64,000 bases of DNA from an uncultured Gemmatimonadales bacterium (GCA_963741945.1 CAVUKA010000005.1:448001-512000); one strand, 5' to 3'; counted from the first letter of the stretch, positions 9,524-19,226 are shown. The notes: generated by a model from the sequence alone, not told the origin. Made by a program: numbers and translations.

Positions 9524-10738
9524 ATGCGAGAAGGAATCACCCGATTCGGGCGCCGCCTGATTCCAGTGGCGCTCCTGGTGCTGGCGGCCTGCGCGGAGGA
9601 TCACCCGCAGACCATGATCCGTCCGGTCACCGAGTATGGCCGGATCCAGACCGACCTCTGGGGGCTCGTGACGTGGATAACGGTCGCGATCCTGGTGGTG
9701 GTGTTCGGCGCGCTCGCGGTGATCCTCGTCCGGTTCCGGGATCGCCCCGGCCGCGGGGACCCGAAGCCGATCTACGGGAACAGCAAGCTGGAAATCGCCT
9801 GGACGGTGATCCCCGCGGTGCTCATTCTGGTGATCGCGATCCCGACGATCCGCTCGATCTTCCTGACCCAGCCGAAGCCGCCGGCCGACGCATTGGTCAT
9901 CCAGGTGACGGGGCACCAGTGGTGGTGGGAGTTCCACTACCCGGCGCAGGGCGTGACCACGGCGAACGAGTTCTACGTCCCAGTGGGCCGGCCCCTCGCC
10001 CTGGAGCTGAGCTCGGCGGACGTGATCCACAGCTTCTGGATCCCGCGGCTCGGGGGGAAGAAGGACGCGAACCCGGTGGTGCGGACGCCGGAAGGCATAC
10101 CGGCGCCCCACCAGAACACGATCGTGCTGGAAGTGGACTCGGCCGGGGAGTACCTGGGCCAGTGCGCCGGCTTCTGTGGCGCGTCGCACGCCCTGATGCG
10201 GATGCGTGCCGTGGCGGTCTCGCCCGCCGCGTTCGATGCCTGGGTCCGCGACATGAAGACGCCGGTCGAGCCGAGCAGTGATCTGGCGAAGCAGGGGAAG
10301 CAGATCTTCCTCTCCAGCACGTGCATTGCGTGCCACACCGTCGAGGGGACCTCGGCGCAGGGGAAGATCGGACCGAACCTCTCGCTCCTGGGCGAGCGCT
10401 GGGCCATCGGAGCGGGGGCGCTGGACAACACGCCCGCGAACGTCCAGCGCTGGGTGTTGCACGCGCCCGAGATCAAGGACGGCATCATTATGCCGGGCGC
10501 CGAAGTGGGCGCGGGCGGCATGCCCCCCACCGGCCTCTCGGATGAGGACGCCCGGGCCGTGGCGGCCTATCTCAGCGACCTGCGCCGCCCGCTCTACCAG
10601 GGTCCCGTCAAGCCAGGGGCAGCAGTGCGGCGCGACTCCGCCTCACCGGCAGCGGCGCCCGCCACGGACTCCGCCACTGCGGGCACGGCGGCGCCGTCGA
10701 GTGACAGCAGCGTGATCTCCGCGGCGCAGCCGCGATAG
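9524..10738 (+). CDS. coxB: Cytochrome c oxidase subunit II with fused cytochrome c (caa3 type), lipoprotein
   Basis: LAAC lipobox, LEIAWTVIP, QWWWEF, DVIHSFW, CuA motif CAGFCGASHALM, heme c motif CIACH. Confidence 0.95.
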   Translation: MREGITRFGRRLIPVALLVLAACAEDHPQTMIRPVTEYGRIQTDLWGLVTWITVAILVVVFGALAVILVRFRDRPGRGDPKPIYGNSKLEIAWTVIPAVLILVIAIPTIRSIFLTQPKPPADALVIQVTGHQWWWEFHYPAQGVTTANEFYVPVGRPLALELSSADVIHSFWIPRLGGKKDANPVVRTPEGIPAPHQNTIVLEVDSAGEYLGQCAGFCGASHALMRMRAVAVSPAAFDAWVRDMKTPVEPSSDLAKQGKQIFLSSTCIACHTVEGTSAQGKIGPNLSLLGERWAIGAGALDNTPANVQRWVLHAPEIKDGIIMPGAEVGAGGMPPTGLSDEDARAVAAYLSDLRRPLYQGPVKPGAAVRRDSASPAAAPATDSATAGTAAPSSDSSVISAAQPR

Positions 10739-10762
10739 CCGACGACTGGACCGGATACGACC

Positions 10763-12571
10763 ATGGCAACTGCCGAAGCATACGCGCCTGTGAAGCCGCG
10801 CGGACGGAGCGGGATCTGGGACTGGCTGACCACGATCGACCACAAGAAGATCGGCATCCTGTACGGCGCCACGGCCCTCGTGTTCTTCATCCTGGGCGGG
10901 CTGGAAGCGCTCATCATCCGCTGGCAGCTGGCGCAGCCCGGCATGGACGTGGTGAGCCCGGACGTCTACAACCAGCTGTTCACCATGCACGGCCTCACCA
11001 TGGTCTTCCTGGTGGGCATGCCCATCGCCGTGGCGTTCTTCAACTACGTCGTGCCCCTCCAGATCGGGGCGCGGGACGTGGCGTTCCCCCGGCTCAACGC
11101 CTTCTCCTACTGGGTCTTCCTCTTTGGCGGGATCTTCATCTACTCCAGCTGGCTCATCGGCGCCGCCCCCAACGGCGGGTGGTTCAATTACGCGAACCTC
11201 AGCACTGTCCAGTATTCGCCCGGGCCGAACATCGACTTCTACGCCCTCGGCCTCCAGATCCTGGGCATCGCCTCCATCGCGGGCGGCGTGAACTTCATCA
11301 CCACCATCATCAACCTGCGAACGCCCGGCATGAAGCTCATGCGCATGCCGCTGTTCACATGGATGGCGTTCGTCACCAGCTTCATCATCATCACCGCCCT
11401 GCCCGTGCTCGCGGTCGCCCTCTTCATGCTCACGTTCGACCGCTTCTGGGGTACGAACTTCTTCAATGTGGCAGCGGGCGGAGACCCGATCCTCTGGGAG
11501 CACCTGTTCTGGCTCTTCGGCCACCCCGAGGTCTACATCCTCATCCTCCCCGCCTTCGGCATCGCCTCCGAGGTCATTCCCACCTTCTCCCGCAAGCCGC
11601 TCTTCGGCTACGCCATCATGGTGTTCAGCGGTGCGCTCATCGGCTTCATCAGCTGGGGCGTCTGGAGTCACCACATGTTCACCACGGGCCTCGGCCCCGT
11701 GGCCGACTCCTTCTTCACCATCAGCACCATGATCATCGCCATCCCCACGGGCGTGAAGATCTTCAACTGGCTCGCCACCATGTGGGGCGGGAAACTCTGG
11801 TTCAGCACCTCCATGATGTTCGCCGTGGCCATGGTGGCGCTCTTCACCATCGGCGGGATCAGCGGCATCATGCACTCCGCTTCACCCGCCGACCTCCAGC
11901 AGCACAACACCTACTTCGTCGTGGCGCACTTCCACTACGTGCTCATCGGCGGGCTCATCATGGGCGTGTTCTCCGGCTTCTACTACTGGTACCCGAAGGT
12001 CAGCGGGCACATGCTCAGCGAGACGCTGGGGAAGTGGCATTTCTGGCTCTTCGTCATCGGCTTCAACTTCGTCTTCTTCCCCATGCACTTCGTGGGGCTC
12101 CTGGGCATGCCACGCCGCATCTACACCTACGCCCCCGAGCTTCACCTCGGCGGCATCAACCTCTTCATGTCACTGAGCGCTCCGCTCATGGCCTTCGGCA
12201 CCCTCGCCTTCGCCTGGAACCTCGTGCGCAGCTGGCGCAGGGGTGTGCCCGCCGGCGACAACCCCTGGGGCGCCGCCACTCTCGAGTGGGCCACGACCTC
12301 ACCGCCGCCCGTCTACAATTACGCCGAGCTGCCCGAAGTCCGCAGCCGGAACCCCCTCTGGGACCACCCGGACAACTACGACGAGCGCGTCTGGCGCGAG
12401 CCCCCGGGCGGGGTCCACATGCCCAATCCCTCGTTCTGGCCCCTGGTTACGGCGGCCTGCACCGCCAGCACGCTCATCCTGTTCATGACCGACATCTGGT
12501 GGATGCCGCTGATCGGCCTCGCGGCCACCGCCATCGCAGTGATCAACTGGGCCTTCGAGCCGGCTGGCTGA
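10763..12571 (+). CDS. ctaD: Cytochrome c oxidase subunit I (A1 type)
   Basis: DHKKIG, FTMHG, AFPRLN, GHPEVY, WSHHM, PTGVK, AHFHYV, GMPRR. Confidence 0.97.
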   Translation: MATAEAYAPVKPRGRSGIWDWLTTIDHKKIGILYGATALVFFILGGLEALIIRWQLAQPGMDVVSPDVYNQLFTMHGLTMVFLVGMPIAVAFFNYVVPLQIGARDVAFPRLNAFSYWVFLFGGIFIYSSWLIGAAPNGGWFNYANLSTVQYSPGPNIDFYALGLQILGIASIAGGVNFITTIINLRTPGMKLMRMPLFTWMAFVTSFIIITALPVLAVALFMLTFDRFWGTNFFNVAAGGDPILWEHLFWLFGHPEVYILILPAFGIASEVIPTFSRKPLFGYAIMVFSGALIGFISWGVWSHHMFTTGLGPVADSFFTISTMIIAIPTGVKIFNWLATMWGGKLWFSTSMMFAVAMVALFTIGGISGIMHSASPADLQQHNTYFVVAHFHYVLIGGLIMGVFSGFYYWYPKVSGHMLSETLGKWHFWLFVIGFNFVFFPMHFVGLLGMPRRIYTYAPELHLGGINLFMSLSAPLMAFGTLAFAWNLVRSWRRGVPAGDNPWGAATLEWATTSPPPVYNYAELPEVRSRNPLWDHPDNYDERVWREPPGGVHMPNPSFWPLVTAACTASTLILFMTDIWWMPLIGLAATAIAVINWAFEPAG

Positions 12572-12585
12572 GGAGTTAGACGACG

Positions 12586-13191
12586 ATGGAAGCGCACGCG
12601 CACGCCGTTTCACAGCACGCGGCCCACCCGCCTACCACGACCGGGATCCCCACCTGGAAGCTCGGCTTCTGGACGTTCCTCGGCTCGGAGACCCTGTTCT
12701 TCGGCTCCTTCATCTCCACGTACCTGATCTACGCAGGGCGCAGCGTCGCCGGGCCGTATCCCGCGGACGTTATCAACATTCCGCTCACCTCGATCAGCAC
12801 CTTCGTCCTGCTCATGTCCAGTCTCGCCATGGTGCTCGCCCTGGCCAACGTGCAGCGAGGGAACCGCAAGTGGGGCTTCATCTTCCTTCTCGTCACCGCC
12901 GCACTCGGGCTCACCTTCCTCGGGTTCCAGGCGTTCGAGTTCACCCACTTCTACCACGAGGGGCTGACCCTCAGCAAGAACGTATTCGGCTCCTCTTTCT
13001 TCATTCTCACCGGGTTCCACGGCGCCCACGTCTCCATCGGCGTGATCTGGCTCCTCATCCTTTCACTCCAGGTCTTCGCCGGACGCGTCGGGCCCGGCGA
13101 CTCCCTCAAGGTCGAGGTGGCCGGCCTCTACTGGCACTTCGTGGACATCGTGTGGATCGCCATCTTCACTCTCGTTTACCTGATCCGCTGA
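12586..13191 (+). CDS. ctaE: Cytochrome c oxidase subunit III
   Basis: FLGSE, LLMSS, TGFHGAHV, LYWHFVDIVW. Confidence 0.95.
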   Translation: MEAHAHAVSQHAAHPPTTTGIPTWKLGFWTFLGSETLFFGSFISTYLIYAGRSVAGPYPADVINIPLTSISTFVLLMSSLAMVLALANVQRGNRKWGFIFLLVTAALGLTFLGFQAFEFTHFYHEGLTLSKNVFGSSFFILTGFHGAHVSIGVIWLLILSLQVFAGRVGPGDSLKVEVAGLYWHFVDIVWIAIFTLVYLIR

Positions 13192-13209
13192 CCTGAATCG
13201 GAGCCCCCC

Positions 13210-13545
13210 ATGGTTCACGCAGACATCGAAACCAGCAGCCACGCTGAACAGCACGAGCAGAAGCACCCCGGCTGGAGCACCTACGTCATTATCGCTGTCG
13301 TGCTCACCGCCATCACGTTCGTCGAGGTCGCCGTCTTCTACATCCCGGCCCTGCACCCCGTCCTCGTCCCCACGCTCGTCACCCTCTCCGCCACCAAGTT
13401 CGCTCTCGTCGTCATGTTCTACATGCACCTGAAGATGGACAGCCGCATCTTCACCGGCGTCTTCGCCGCCCCCCTCGCCCTCGCCCTCTTCCTCGTGATC
13501 GCTCTCGTCGTCCTCTTCAAGGTGCTCCCCACACAGCTCACCTGA
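13210..13545 (+). CDS. Cytochrome c oxidase subunit IV family protein
   Basis: Three TM segments, KFALVVMFYMHLK motif, position in the operon. Confidence 0.9.
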   Translation: MVHADIETSSHAEQHEQKHPGWSTYVIIAVVLTAITFVEVAVFYIPALHPVLVPTLVTLSATKFALVVMFYMHLKMDSRIFTGVFAAPLALALFLVIALVVLFKVLPTQLT

Positions 13546-13606
13546 GCAACAGGGCGCGCGGCACCCGAACGTTGCGCCGCCGCCCGAACCTCCGCACCTT
13601 CTCCCC

Positions 13607-14068
13607 ATGAGCCGCCGAACGCCTCGTCTCGCGACCCTCCTCGCCACGACGATCCTCGCCGGCTGCCACATCCCCGCATGGCCCGTCGAAGGCACCGTCT
13701 CCTCGCCCTTCGGACTCCGTCACGATGGCTTCCGCTTCGACATCCACCGCGGCATCGACATCGCCGTGCCCGCCGGTACTCCCGTCCACGCCATGGAGCC
13801 CGGCCGCGTCGTCTTCTCCGGTTTCCTCTCCGGCTACGGCCGCGTTGTCATCCTCGACCACGGCGGCGGACTCCGATCCCTCTATGCACACCTCTCCCAG
13901 ATCCGCGTCGCGACCGGCGATGCCGTCGACGACCACGGCCTCCTCGGACTCTCCGGCTCCAGCGGAAACGCCTCCGGACCCCACCTCCACTTCGAGATCC
14001 TTCGCGATGGCACCCCCGCCGACCCCGTCCCCCTCCTCGGGAGTCGTCCCCGCCCACAAGGCTCTTGA
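13607..14068 (+). CDS. M23-family metallopeptidase, lipoprotein
   Basis: LAGC lipobox, HRGID, YAHLS, GPHLHFE. Confidence 0.92.
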   Translation: MSRRTPRLATLLATTILAGCHIPAWPVEGTVSSPFGLRHDGFRFDIHRGIDIAVPAGTPVHAMEPGRVVFSGFLSGYGRVVILDHGGGLRSLYAHLSQIRVATGDAVDDHGLLGLSGSSGNASGPHLHFEILRDGTPADPVPLLGSRPRPQGS

Positions 14069-14094
14069 CACGAAGACACTGACTCTGTTATTCA
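14065..14094 (+). promoter_or_regulatory. sigma70-type promoter pointing into a non-coding interval
   Basis: Perfect TTGACA (14065-14070), then TGnTATTCA (14086-14094) in an AT-rich patch; no + strand CDS downstream. Confidence 0.5.
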
Positions 14095-14096
14095 AA

Positions 14097-14377
14097 GGCT
14101 CGTGTAGGGAAAACCCCCACGCGAGACCGGCGGGAGTGTAGGCCAAACCCCTCCACGAGGGCCCTCGAACCGGATGCAGCGGGCCGCTCTGCCTCCCGGG
14201 CTGCGGTGCCGGCGGGAGGGGTGCCTGGCAGACCGCGAGGGGCGGGCCTGCGGACGCTGCCCGTGTGAGGGGCTCGGATTTCAGCACGCCTTCAGCGCCG
14301 ACCCGAGGCGCCAGGGATGAAGCGGGAAGCCCCAGGGCTGACTCCCGGATCGTCGTGAGACGAGCCCGGAGTCGCCC
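14097..14377 (+). ncRNA. Candidate structured ncRNA (RNA A), family not recognised
   Basis: Lies between convergent M23 and thyX genes, behind a promoter; nested helices and GNRA-capped hairpins (cc-GCGA-gg, tcgtc-GTGA-gacga). Confidence 0.45.
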
Positions 14378-14395
14378 CCCGCGCTGATCGGTGCT

Positions 14396-15394
14396 CTACT
14401 CCAGGTCCAGCTTCGGCACGGCCATCTGCATCTCCTCGCCCATCTCTTCGGCGGAGCGCATGCCGGCGAGGTCCAGCTCGAAATCGGGGACATCGGCGGG
14501 CCGCAGCTTCTCGGCGAGCTCGATCATCTCCCGCTTGCTGAGCCCGTGGTCCCGCAGGGCGGTGGCATCGAGGCTGCCGCCATGGCGAGCGGAGAGCGTC
14601 ACGCTCTCATCCTCCTGTCCGACATCGATGAGGGCGCGGAGCGCCTCCATTTCGCCCCGGGACATGGCTGCGGCGGCGAAGGCATAATCGATCCAGGCTT
14701 CGTAGGAGAGCGGCGCCACGCGCTTCAGCATCCCGGCCATGACTTCGGCATAGGCGCGGATTTCGAACTGCGCGTGCGGATCGGCGCGGAGCGTCAGGAA
14801 GTGGATCAGGTTGTGGAGGTCGATCTTCCAGTACCACTGCGTGTAGGTAGAGAGCGGCAGATCGATGCGCGCGAGCTCCCGGGCCACATCCTTTCCCAGC
14901 AGCCACTCGTAATCGGCGCCAGCCTGTTCGCGCGTCTCCTGCCATCGAGCCAGCGCCTGGCGGTGCAGCTCGGGACTCGCCCCTTCAGGCATGCGTCCCT
15001 GCTTGTTGTCCACGCTCTGGAGCGCGAAGTGGTCCGCGTCCGGGGCATAGAAGAGCAGCGGCATGAGTGAATACCGGCCGCTGTACTCGTTCAGGTTCGC
15101 GGTCCTGTGCCGGACCCACTGCCGGGCCACGAAGATCGGCATGCAGACATGGAACTTCAGCTCCACCATCTCGCTCGGCGTGGTGTGGTGGTGGCGCCGC
15201 AGATAGCGCACGAGCCCCCGCGTCTGGCTGACTTTTCGCGTGCCGTAGCCGTAGCTTACGCGCGCCGCGCGCTCGATGTCCTCGTCGCTCCCCATGTAGT
15301 CCACGAGGGCGACGAATCCGTGGTCCAGCACGGGGAAGTAGCCGCCGAGGATCTCCTCGGCGGCGGGGGTGGTGGGTCGGCGGGTCTCGGCCAT
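14396..15394 (-). CDS. thyX: FAD-dependent thymidylate synthase
   Basis: AARVSYG, HTTPSEMV, ThyX motif RHRTANLNEYSGRY, RELARIDLP, HAQFEIR; ATG at 15394. Confidence 0.96.
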   Translation of the reverse strand: MAETRRPTTPAAEEILGGYFPVLDHGFVALVDYMGSDEDIERAARVSYGYGTRKVSQTRGLVRYLRRHHHTTPSEMVELKFHVCMPIFVARQWVRHRTANLNEYSGRYSLMPLLFYAPDADHFALQSVDNKQGRMPEGASPELHRQALARWQETREQAGADYEWLLGKDVARELARIDLPLSTYTQWYWKIDLHNLIHFLTLRADPHAQFEIRAYAEVMAGMLKRVAPLSYEAWIDYAFAAAAMSRGEMEALRALIDVGQEDESVTLSARHGGSLDATALRDHGLSKREMIELAEKLRPADVPDFELDLAGMRSAEEMGEEMQMAVPKLDLE

Positions 15395-15399
15395 GGTCC

Positions 15400-17202
15400 T
15401 CAGTGTCTCGGGTGGGAGCGGGCGCGTGGCGGCATCTGTGATGCGGGGTGGGGCATCAGCACTTCCCTGGCCAGTGGCAGCGGCAGCCCCAGCGAGAGCA
15501 GTCGGTCGTTGAAGTCGAGCTCCGTGAAGGTCTTCTTCTCCTTCTCGACGTACGCCTGGTAATCCTTCCGCAACTGGACGATCTGCACCCGGCCCAGCGC
15601 CGCGGCCAGATACATGGGATCGTACGTGGCCCGCAGGACTTCCCGCCGTCCGGGCGCCTCGCGCATGTACGCAATGTCCATGAACCGCTGCACGACAGTG
15701 TCCATGGGCTCCTCCAGCGCGTGGATGTGCAGGCTCGCATACCAGCGCGCATGCTGTTTCAGTGCGCTCCAGATCGCTGCGATCCGCGCGGTGGAGTCCT
15801 GGGCCGGGAAGCCTCCCTGCAGCGCCTGTTGTTCCGCGTACTGTGCCCAACCTTCCGCCAACGATCGCGGCGTGAACACTTTCCGCACGTCGCTCGGGTA
15901 CGTCCGCGCATACGCCAGCTCCACCGCGCGGCCGGGGAACGTCTGGTGCAGCGTGAGGCCGAGCAGCGCCGCGTTGTTGAAATAGGAGAGGAAGGACGCC
16001 TGCTCCGCCTCCGTCCACGAGGGCAGTGCGTTCGTCAGCTCGTAGTACGTGGCCAGTCCGACGGAATCCAGTGGCCCGGGCGCGTCCACCCGGGAAAAGC
16101 GCTCACGAGCGTACGACGGCGAGGGCCGGACCACGGGCGCCGTCGAGTCCAGCACCGTCACCATCCCGCTCCCGAGGGTCCAGTCCCGCGCTCTGCGGGT
16201 CAGCTCCCGGGCGGCGGGGACCAGCTCCGACGGCGCGGGGTGCATCATGGAGAGCGAATCCATGAAGGCGCGGACCGACCGCCCGGGCGCGACGGCGGCC
16301 ACGACCTTCTGCAGCTCGTCCCTGTATGACGTGATCTCCTGTTCGTTCAGGCGATCCAGCGCTTCCACGCTCAGATCGATGTGCTCGGAGTAGAGCAGCT
16401 TTCGCGCGAAGAAATACCGCCCCAGCCGATAGCTGCCCGTGGAGCGTGGGAGGAGGTCCGTCCGCAGCCATGCCACGTAGTCGTTCAGCGCACCCGCCAG
16501 CGCGCTGCGGGCGCTCTCCAGACCATCGGTCGCCGCCGCGGCCTCCGACCCCAGCAGCTCCGGCAGCGCGTCGATGTAGGTGAGCAGCCCCTCCGCGTCC
16601 GTGATCGCCAGCTGCGTCCACTCCGCTGGCGGGTTCTCCAGGTTCTCCCGCGCGGCGTTCAGTACCTCCGGCGCGGCCCGCAACCGGCTCTGCAGCGCCG
16701 CCATCCGCTCCGCCACGGGCGCGAACGGCCGCCCTACCAGCGACGCCACGCCCTCCGCGATCGCGTCCGTGTACATCCGCGGGCTCGTGGCCCAGAGCCG
16801 AAGCTCCTCCAGGTCCAGCAGCTCCGCCCGTATGGCGTACTCCAGCACCGCGTAGTCGTAGCGTTCCGCGCCCTCGAGCGCGCGGAACGGGATGTCCTGG
16901 AGTCGCCCATCCCAGTCCAGCAGATCCTGGATCCGCTGCTGCACGGCAACCCGCTCCATCGACGGAAGGAGCCGATCGTACGCGTGCACCCCCACTTGAG
17001 TCGCACGCACCGGGTGACTCTCGTAGTACCATGCCAGGAACCCGTCCCTGAACCTGCCGAACTCCTTCGTCGCATTCGCGACCACTTCCGGGCTCGGCTG
17101 CGGCAGCCCCGGCGCCCCGCCAGGGCGCGGCTGCTCCGGCGACGGCCCGCCCCCGCACCCGGCGACGAGCACGGCGGCAAGGACCCACGAACGTGCGCTC
17201 AC
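15400..17202 (-). CDS. DUF885-family lipoprotein
   Basis: VAGC lipobox, PVRATQVGVHAYD, HQTFPG and EGWAQYAEQ motifs; GGAGG RBS before GTG. Confidence 0.8.
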   Translation of the reverse strand: MSARSWVLAAVLVAGCGGGPSPEQPRPGGAPGLPQPSPEVVANATKEFGRFRDGFLAWYYESHPVRATQVGVHAYDRLLPSMERVAVQQRIQDLLDWDGRLQDIPFRALEGAERYDYAVLEYAIRAELLDLEELRLWATSPRMYTDAIAEGVASLVGRPFAPVAERMAALQSRLRAAPEVLNAARENLENPPAEWTQLAITDAEGLLTYIDALPELLGSEAAAATDGLESARSALAGALNDYVAWLRTDLLPRSTGSYRLGRYFFARKLLYSEHIDLSVEALDRLNEQEITSYRDELQKVVAAVAPGRSVRAFMDSLSMMHPAPSELVPAARELTRRARDWTLGSGMVTVLDSTAPVVRPSPSYARERFSRVDAPGPLDSVGLATYYELTNALPSWTEAEQASFLSYFNNAALLGLTLHQTFPGRAVELAYARTYPSDVRKVFTPRSLAEGWAQYAEQQALQGGFPAQDSTARIAAIWSALKQHARWYASLHIHALEEPMDTVVQRFMDIAYMREAPGRREVLRATYDPMYLAAALGRVQIVQLRKDYQAYVEKEKKTFTELDFNDRLLSLGLPLPLAREVLMPHPASQMPPRARSHPRH

Positions 17203-17301
17203 GAAACCTCCTGCGGAAGATGAGAGGATGAAAAGCTAGGCCGCACAGCACTGGCGCGCCAGCGATGCCGAGTGCATTCTCCACGCCAGTCCCGCCCGGG
17301 A

Positions 17302-19038
17302 ATGTCCGCCAAACGTCCCCGTTTTCCCCATGAACCCCGGCCCCTGACCGTGAGCGCTCGGCAATACCGTACTCTGTTCCGGGAATCCGGCGACGCCATC
17401 TACATGGCGGGCGCCGATGGGCTCATTGCGGAAGTGAACGCGGCAGCTGTCCGCCTCTTCGGCCGGGAAGAACAGGACCTCGTGGGGAGCTGCGTTTCCA
17501 CCCTGTTCGGGGACCCGGAGGAGCACGCCCGGTTCCGCGATGTCCTCGCCACCGACGGGTCGGTGCGCGACTTCGAGGCGCTGCTGCTCCGCGGGGACGG
17601 GGATCGGCGATGGTGCCTCCTGACCGCGTGGCTGAGCGCTCCCGCCGCCGATGCGGCCGCCAGGCGCGCTCACCAGGCCATCATCCACGACATCTCCGCG
17701 CGGAAGGCCAGGGAGGACCGCCTGGCGCACGGAGCGTTTCACGACCCGCTCACGGGCCTGCCCAACCGCGCGCTGTTCATGGACCGTCTCGAGCGCGCCG
17801 TGGCGCGCAGGCGCAGGGGTGATGAGCGCGAGCTCGCCGTTCTGTTCCTGGACCTGGACCGTTTCAAGGTGGTGAACGACAGCCTCGGTCACACCGTGGG
17901 CGACCAGGTCCTGAAGCAGGTGGCCGCGCTCCTCCGGGAGCAGGTCCGGCAGGAGGATACCGTGGCGCGCATGGGAGGCGATGAGTTCGCCATCCTCCTC
18001 GACGGCATCGACGACGCCGGGGCCGCCACCCACGTGGCCGAGCGCGTCCAGGACCGCCTCCGCAGCCCCCTCTCGCTGGGTGACCGGGACGTTTTCACTT
18101 CCGCCAGCATCGGCATCACCTTCGCTCGCTCCGCCGCATCCACGCCGGACGCCCTGCTGCGCGACGCGGACACGGCCATGTACCGGGCGAAAGAGCTGGG
18201 GCCCGCGCGCTATCAGATCTTCGATGAAGGCATGCACGCCCGCGCCGTGGCCCTGCTCCAGCTCGAGACCGATCTCCGCCGGGCTCTCGAGCGCGATGAG
18301 TTCGTCGTCCATTATCAACCGGTTCTCGACCTCGAACAGGATCGCCTGACGGGTTTCGAGGCGCTGGTCCGCTGGGAGCACCCGCAGAAGGGCCTGATCC
18401 TCCCCTCCTCCTTCATCCCCGTTGCCGAGGACACGGGCATCATCGTACCCCTCGGCGCCTGGGTCCTGCGTCGGGCCACCGAGCAGATGCGACACTGGCA
18501 ACAGCAGGATCCCGAGCGCGCTGATCTCTTCATCTCCGTCAACCTCTCGGCCCGGCAGTTCTCTCATCCGGAGCTCGCGGCCATGATACAGGCGACCCTC
18601 AGCGAGACCGGCCTGGACGGCCCCTCGCTCCGCCTCGAGCTGACTGAGTCCGTGGTCATGGCCAGCCCGCAGGCCGCCGTGCGCACCTTCGACGAGCTCC
18701 GCCGCCTGGGCGTCAGCCTCTGCATCGACGACTTCGGCACCGGCTATTCCGCCCTGCACTACCTTCATACCTTCCCCATCGACACGCTGAAGATCGATCG
18801 CAGCTTCATCAGCCGCCTCGCCGACGATGACGGGACCGAGCTCGTCCGCACCATCCTCGGCCTCGCCCGCGCCCTCGGCCTCCACGCCGTCGCCGAAGGC
18901 GTCGAGACCGTCGAGCAGCTGGAGCGGCTCCGCGCCTTCGGCCACGCCTCCATCCAGGGGTTCCTCTTCTCCCGCCCCCTCGATGTCGATGCCGCCTCCA
19001 CACTCCTCGACCAGCACCGCCCACCCGCGAACCGCTGA
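17302..19038 (+). CDS. PAS-GGDEF-EAL diguanylate cyclase/phosphodiesterase
   Basis: HDPLTGLPNR, DLDRFKVVND, MGGDEF, FEALVRW, IDDFGTG, LKIDRSF, VAEGVE; start uncertain. Confidence 0.93.
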   Translation: MSAKRPRFPHEPRPLTVSARQYRTLFRESGDAIYMAGADGLIAEVNAAAVRLFGREEQDLVGSCVSTLFGDPEEHARFRDVLATDGSVRDFEALLLRGDGDRRWCLLTAWLSAPAADAAARRAHQAIIHDISARKAREDRLAHGAFHDPLTGLPNRALFMDRLERAVARRRRGDERELAVLFLDLDRFKVVNDSLGHTVGDQVLKQVAALLREQVRQEDTVARMGGDEFAILLDGIDDAGAATHVAERVQDRLRSPLSLGDRDVFTSASIGITFARSAASTPDALLRDADTAMYRAKELGPARYQIFDEGMHARAVALLQLETDLRRALERDEFVVHYQPVLDLEQDRLTGFEALVRWEHPQKGLILPSSFIPVAEDTGIIVPLGAWVLRRATEQMRHWQQQDPERADLFISVNLSARQFSHPELAAMIQATLSETGLDGPSLRLELTESVVMASPQAAVRTFDELRRLGVSLCIDDFGTGYSALHYLHTFPIDTLKIDRSFISRLADDDGTELVRTILGLARALGLHAVAEGVETVEQLERLRAFGHASIQGFLFSRPLDVDAASTLLDQHRPPANR

Positions 19039-19112
19039 GCCACCCCGAGCCACCGCGCCCGAGTCGGAACGGCAGCCGCCCGCCGAACCTGCACCTTCCC
19101 CCCGCTTCTCTC

Positions 19113-19153
19113 TGCCAAAGTGGCGCGCCACACTGGTATGACCGCTGCTTCCT
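19113..19153 (+). promoter_or_regulatory. sigma54-like -24/-12 promoter with tandem YGCCA-N3-TGG palindromes upstream of hsp20
   Basis: TGGTAT-GACCG-CTGCT (GG 19135-19136, GC 19147-19148, N10 spacing); TGCCAAAGTGGCG and CGCCACACTGGTA back to back. Confidence 0.55.
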
Positions 19154-19226
19154 TCTCGGGGCAGTCACGCGCCGGCGGAGTGCCGGCTGCGAACGGAGGA
19201 ACCGAGAACAGAGCAGAACGGAGGAA

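Noticed and set aside
14174-14320. 48-aa Cys-rich ORF inside RNA A
   Set aside because: No RBS and atypical codons; the region is better explained by RNA structure, though not excluded without ribosome profiling
14310-14377. Resemblance of ATGAAGCGGGAAGCCCC to IS200/IS605 (TnpB) right-end RNA
   Set aside because: Only a remembered loose similarity; no tnpA or tnpB in the window and no clear IS subterminal hairpin or cleavage tetranucleotide
14097-14377. Cobalamin riboswitch, RNase P, SRP or tmRNA identity for RNA A
   Set aside because: Hallmark motifs are missing (B12 box, GAGGAAAGTCC, SRP GGAA loop helix, tRNA-like ends), and there is no downstream same-strand gene
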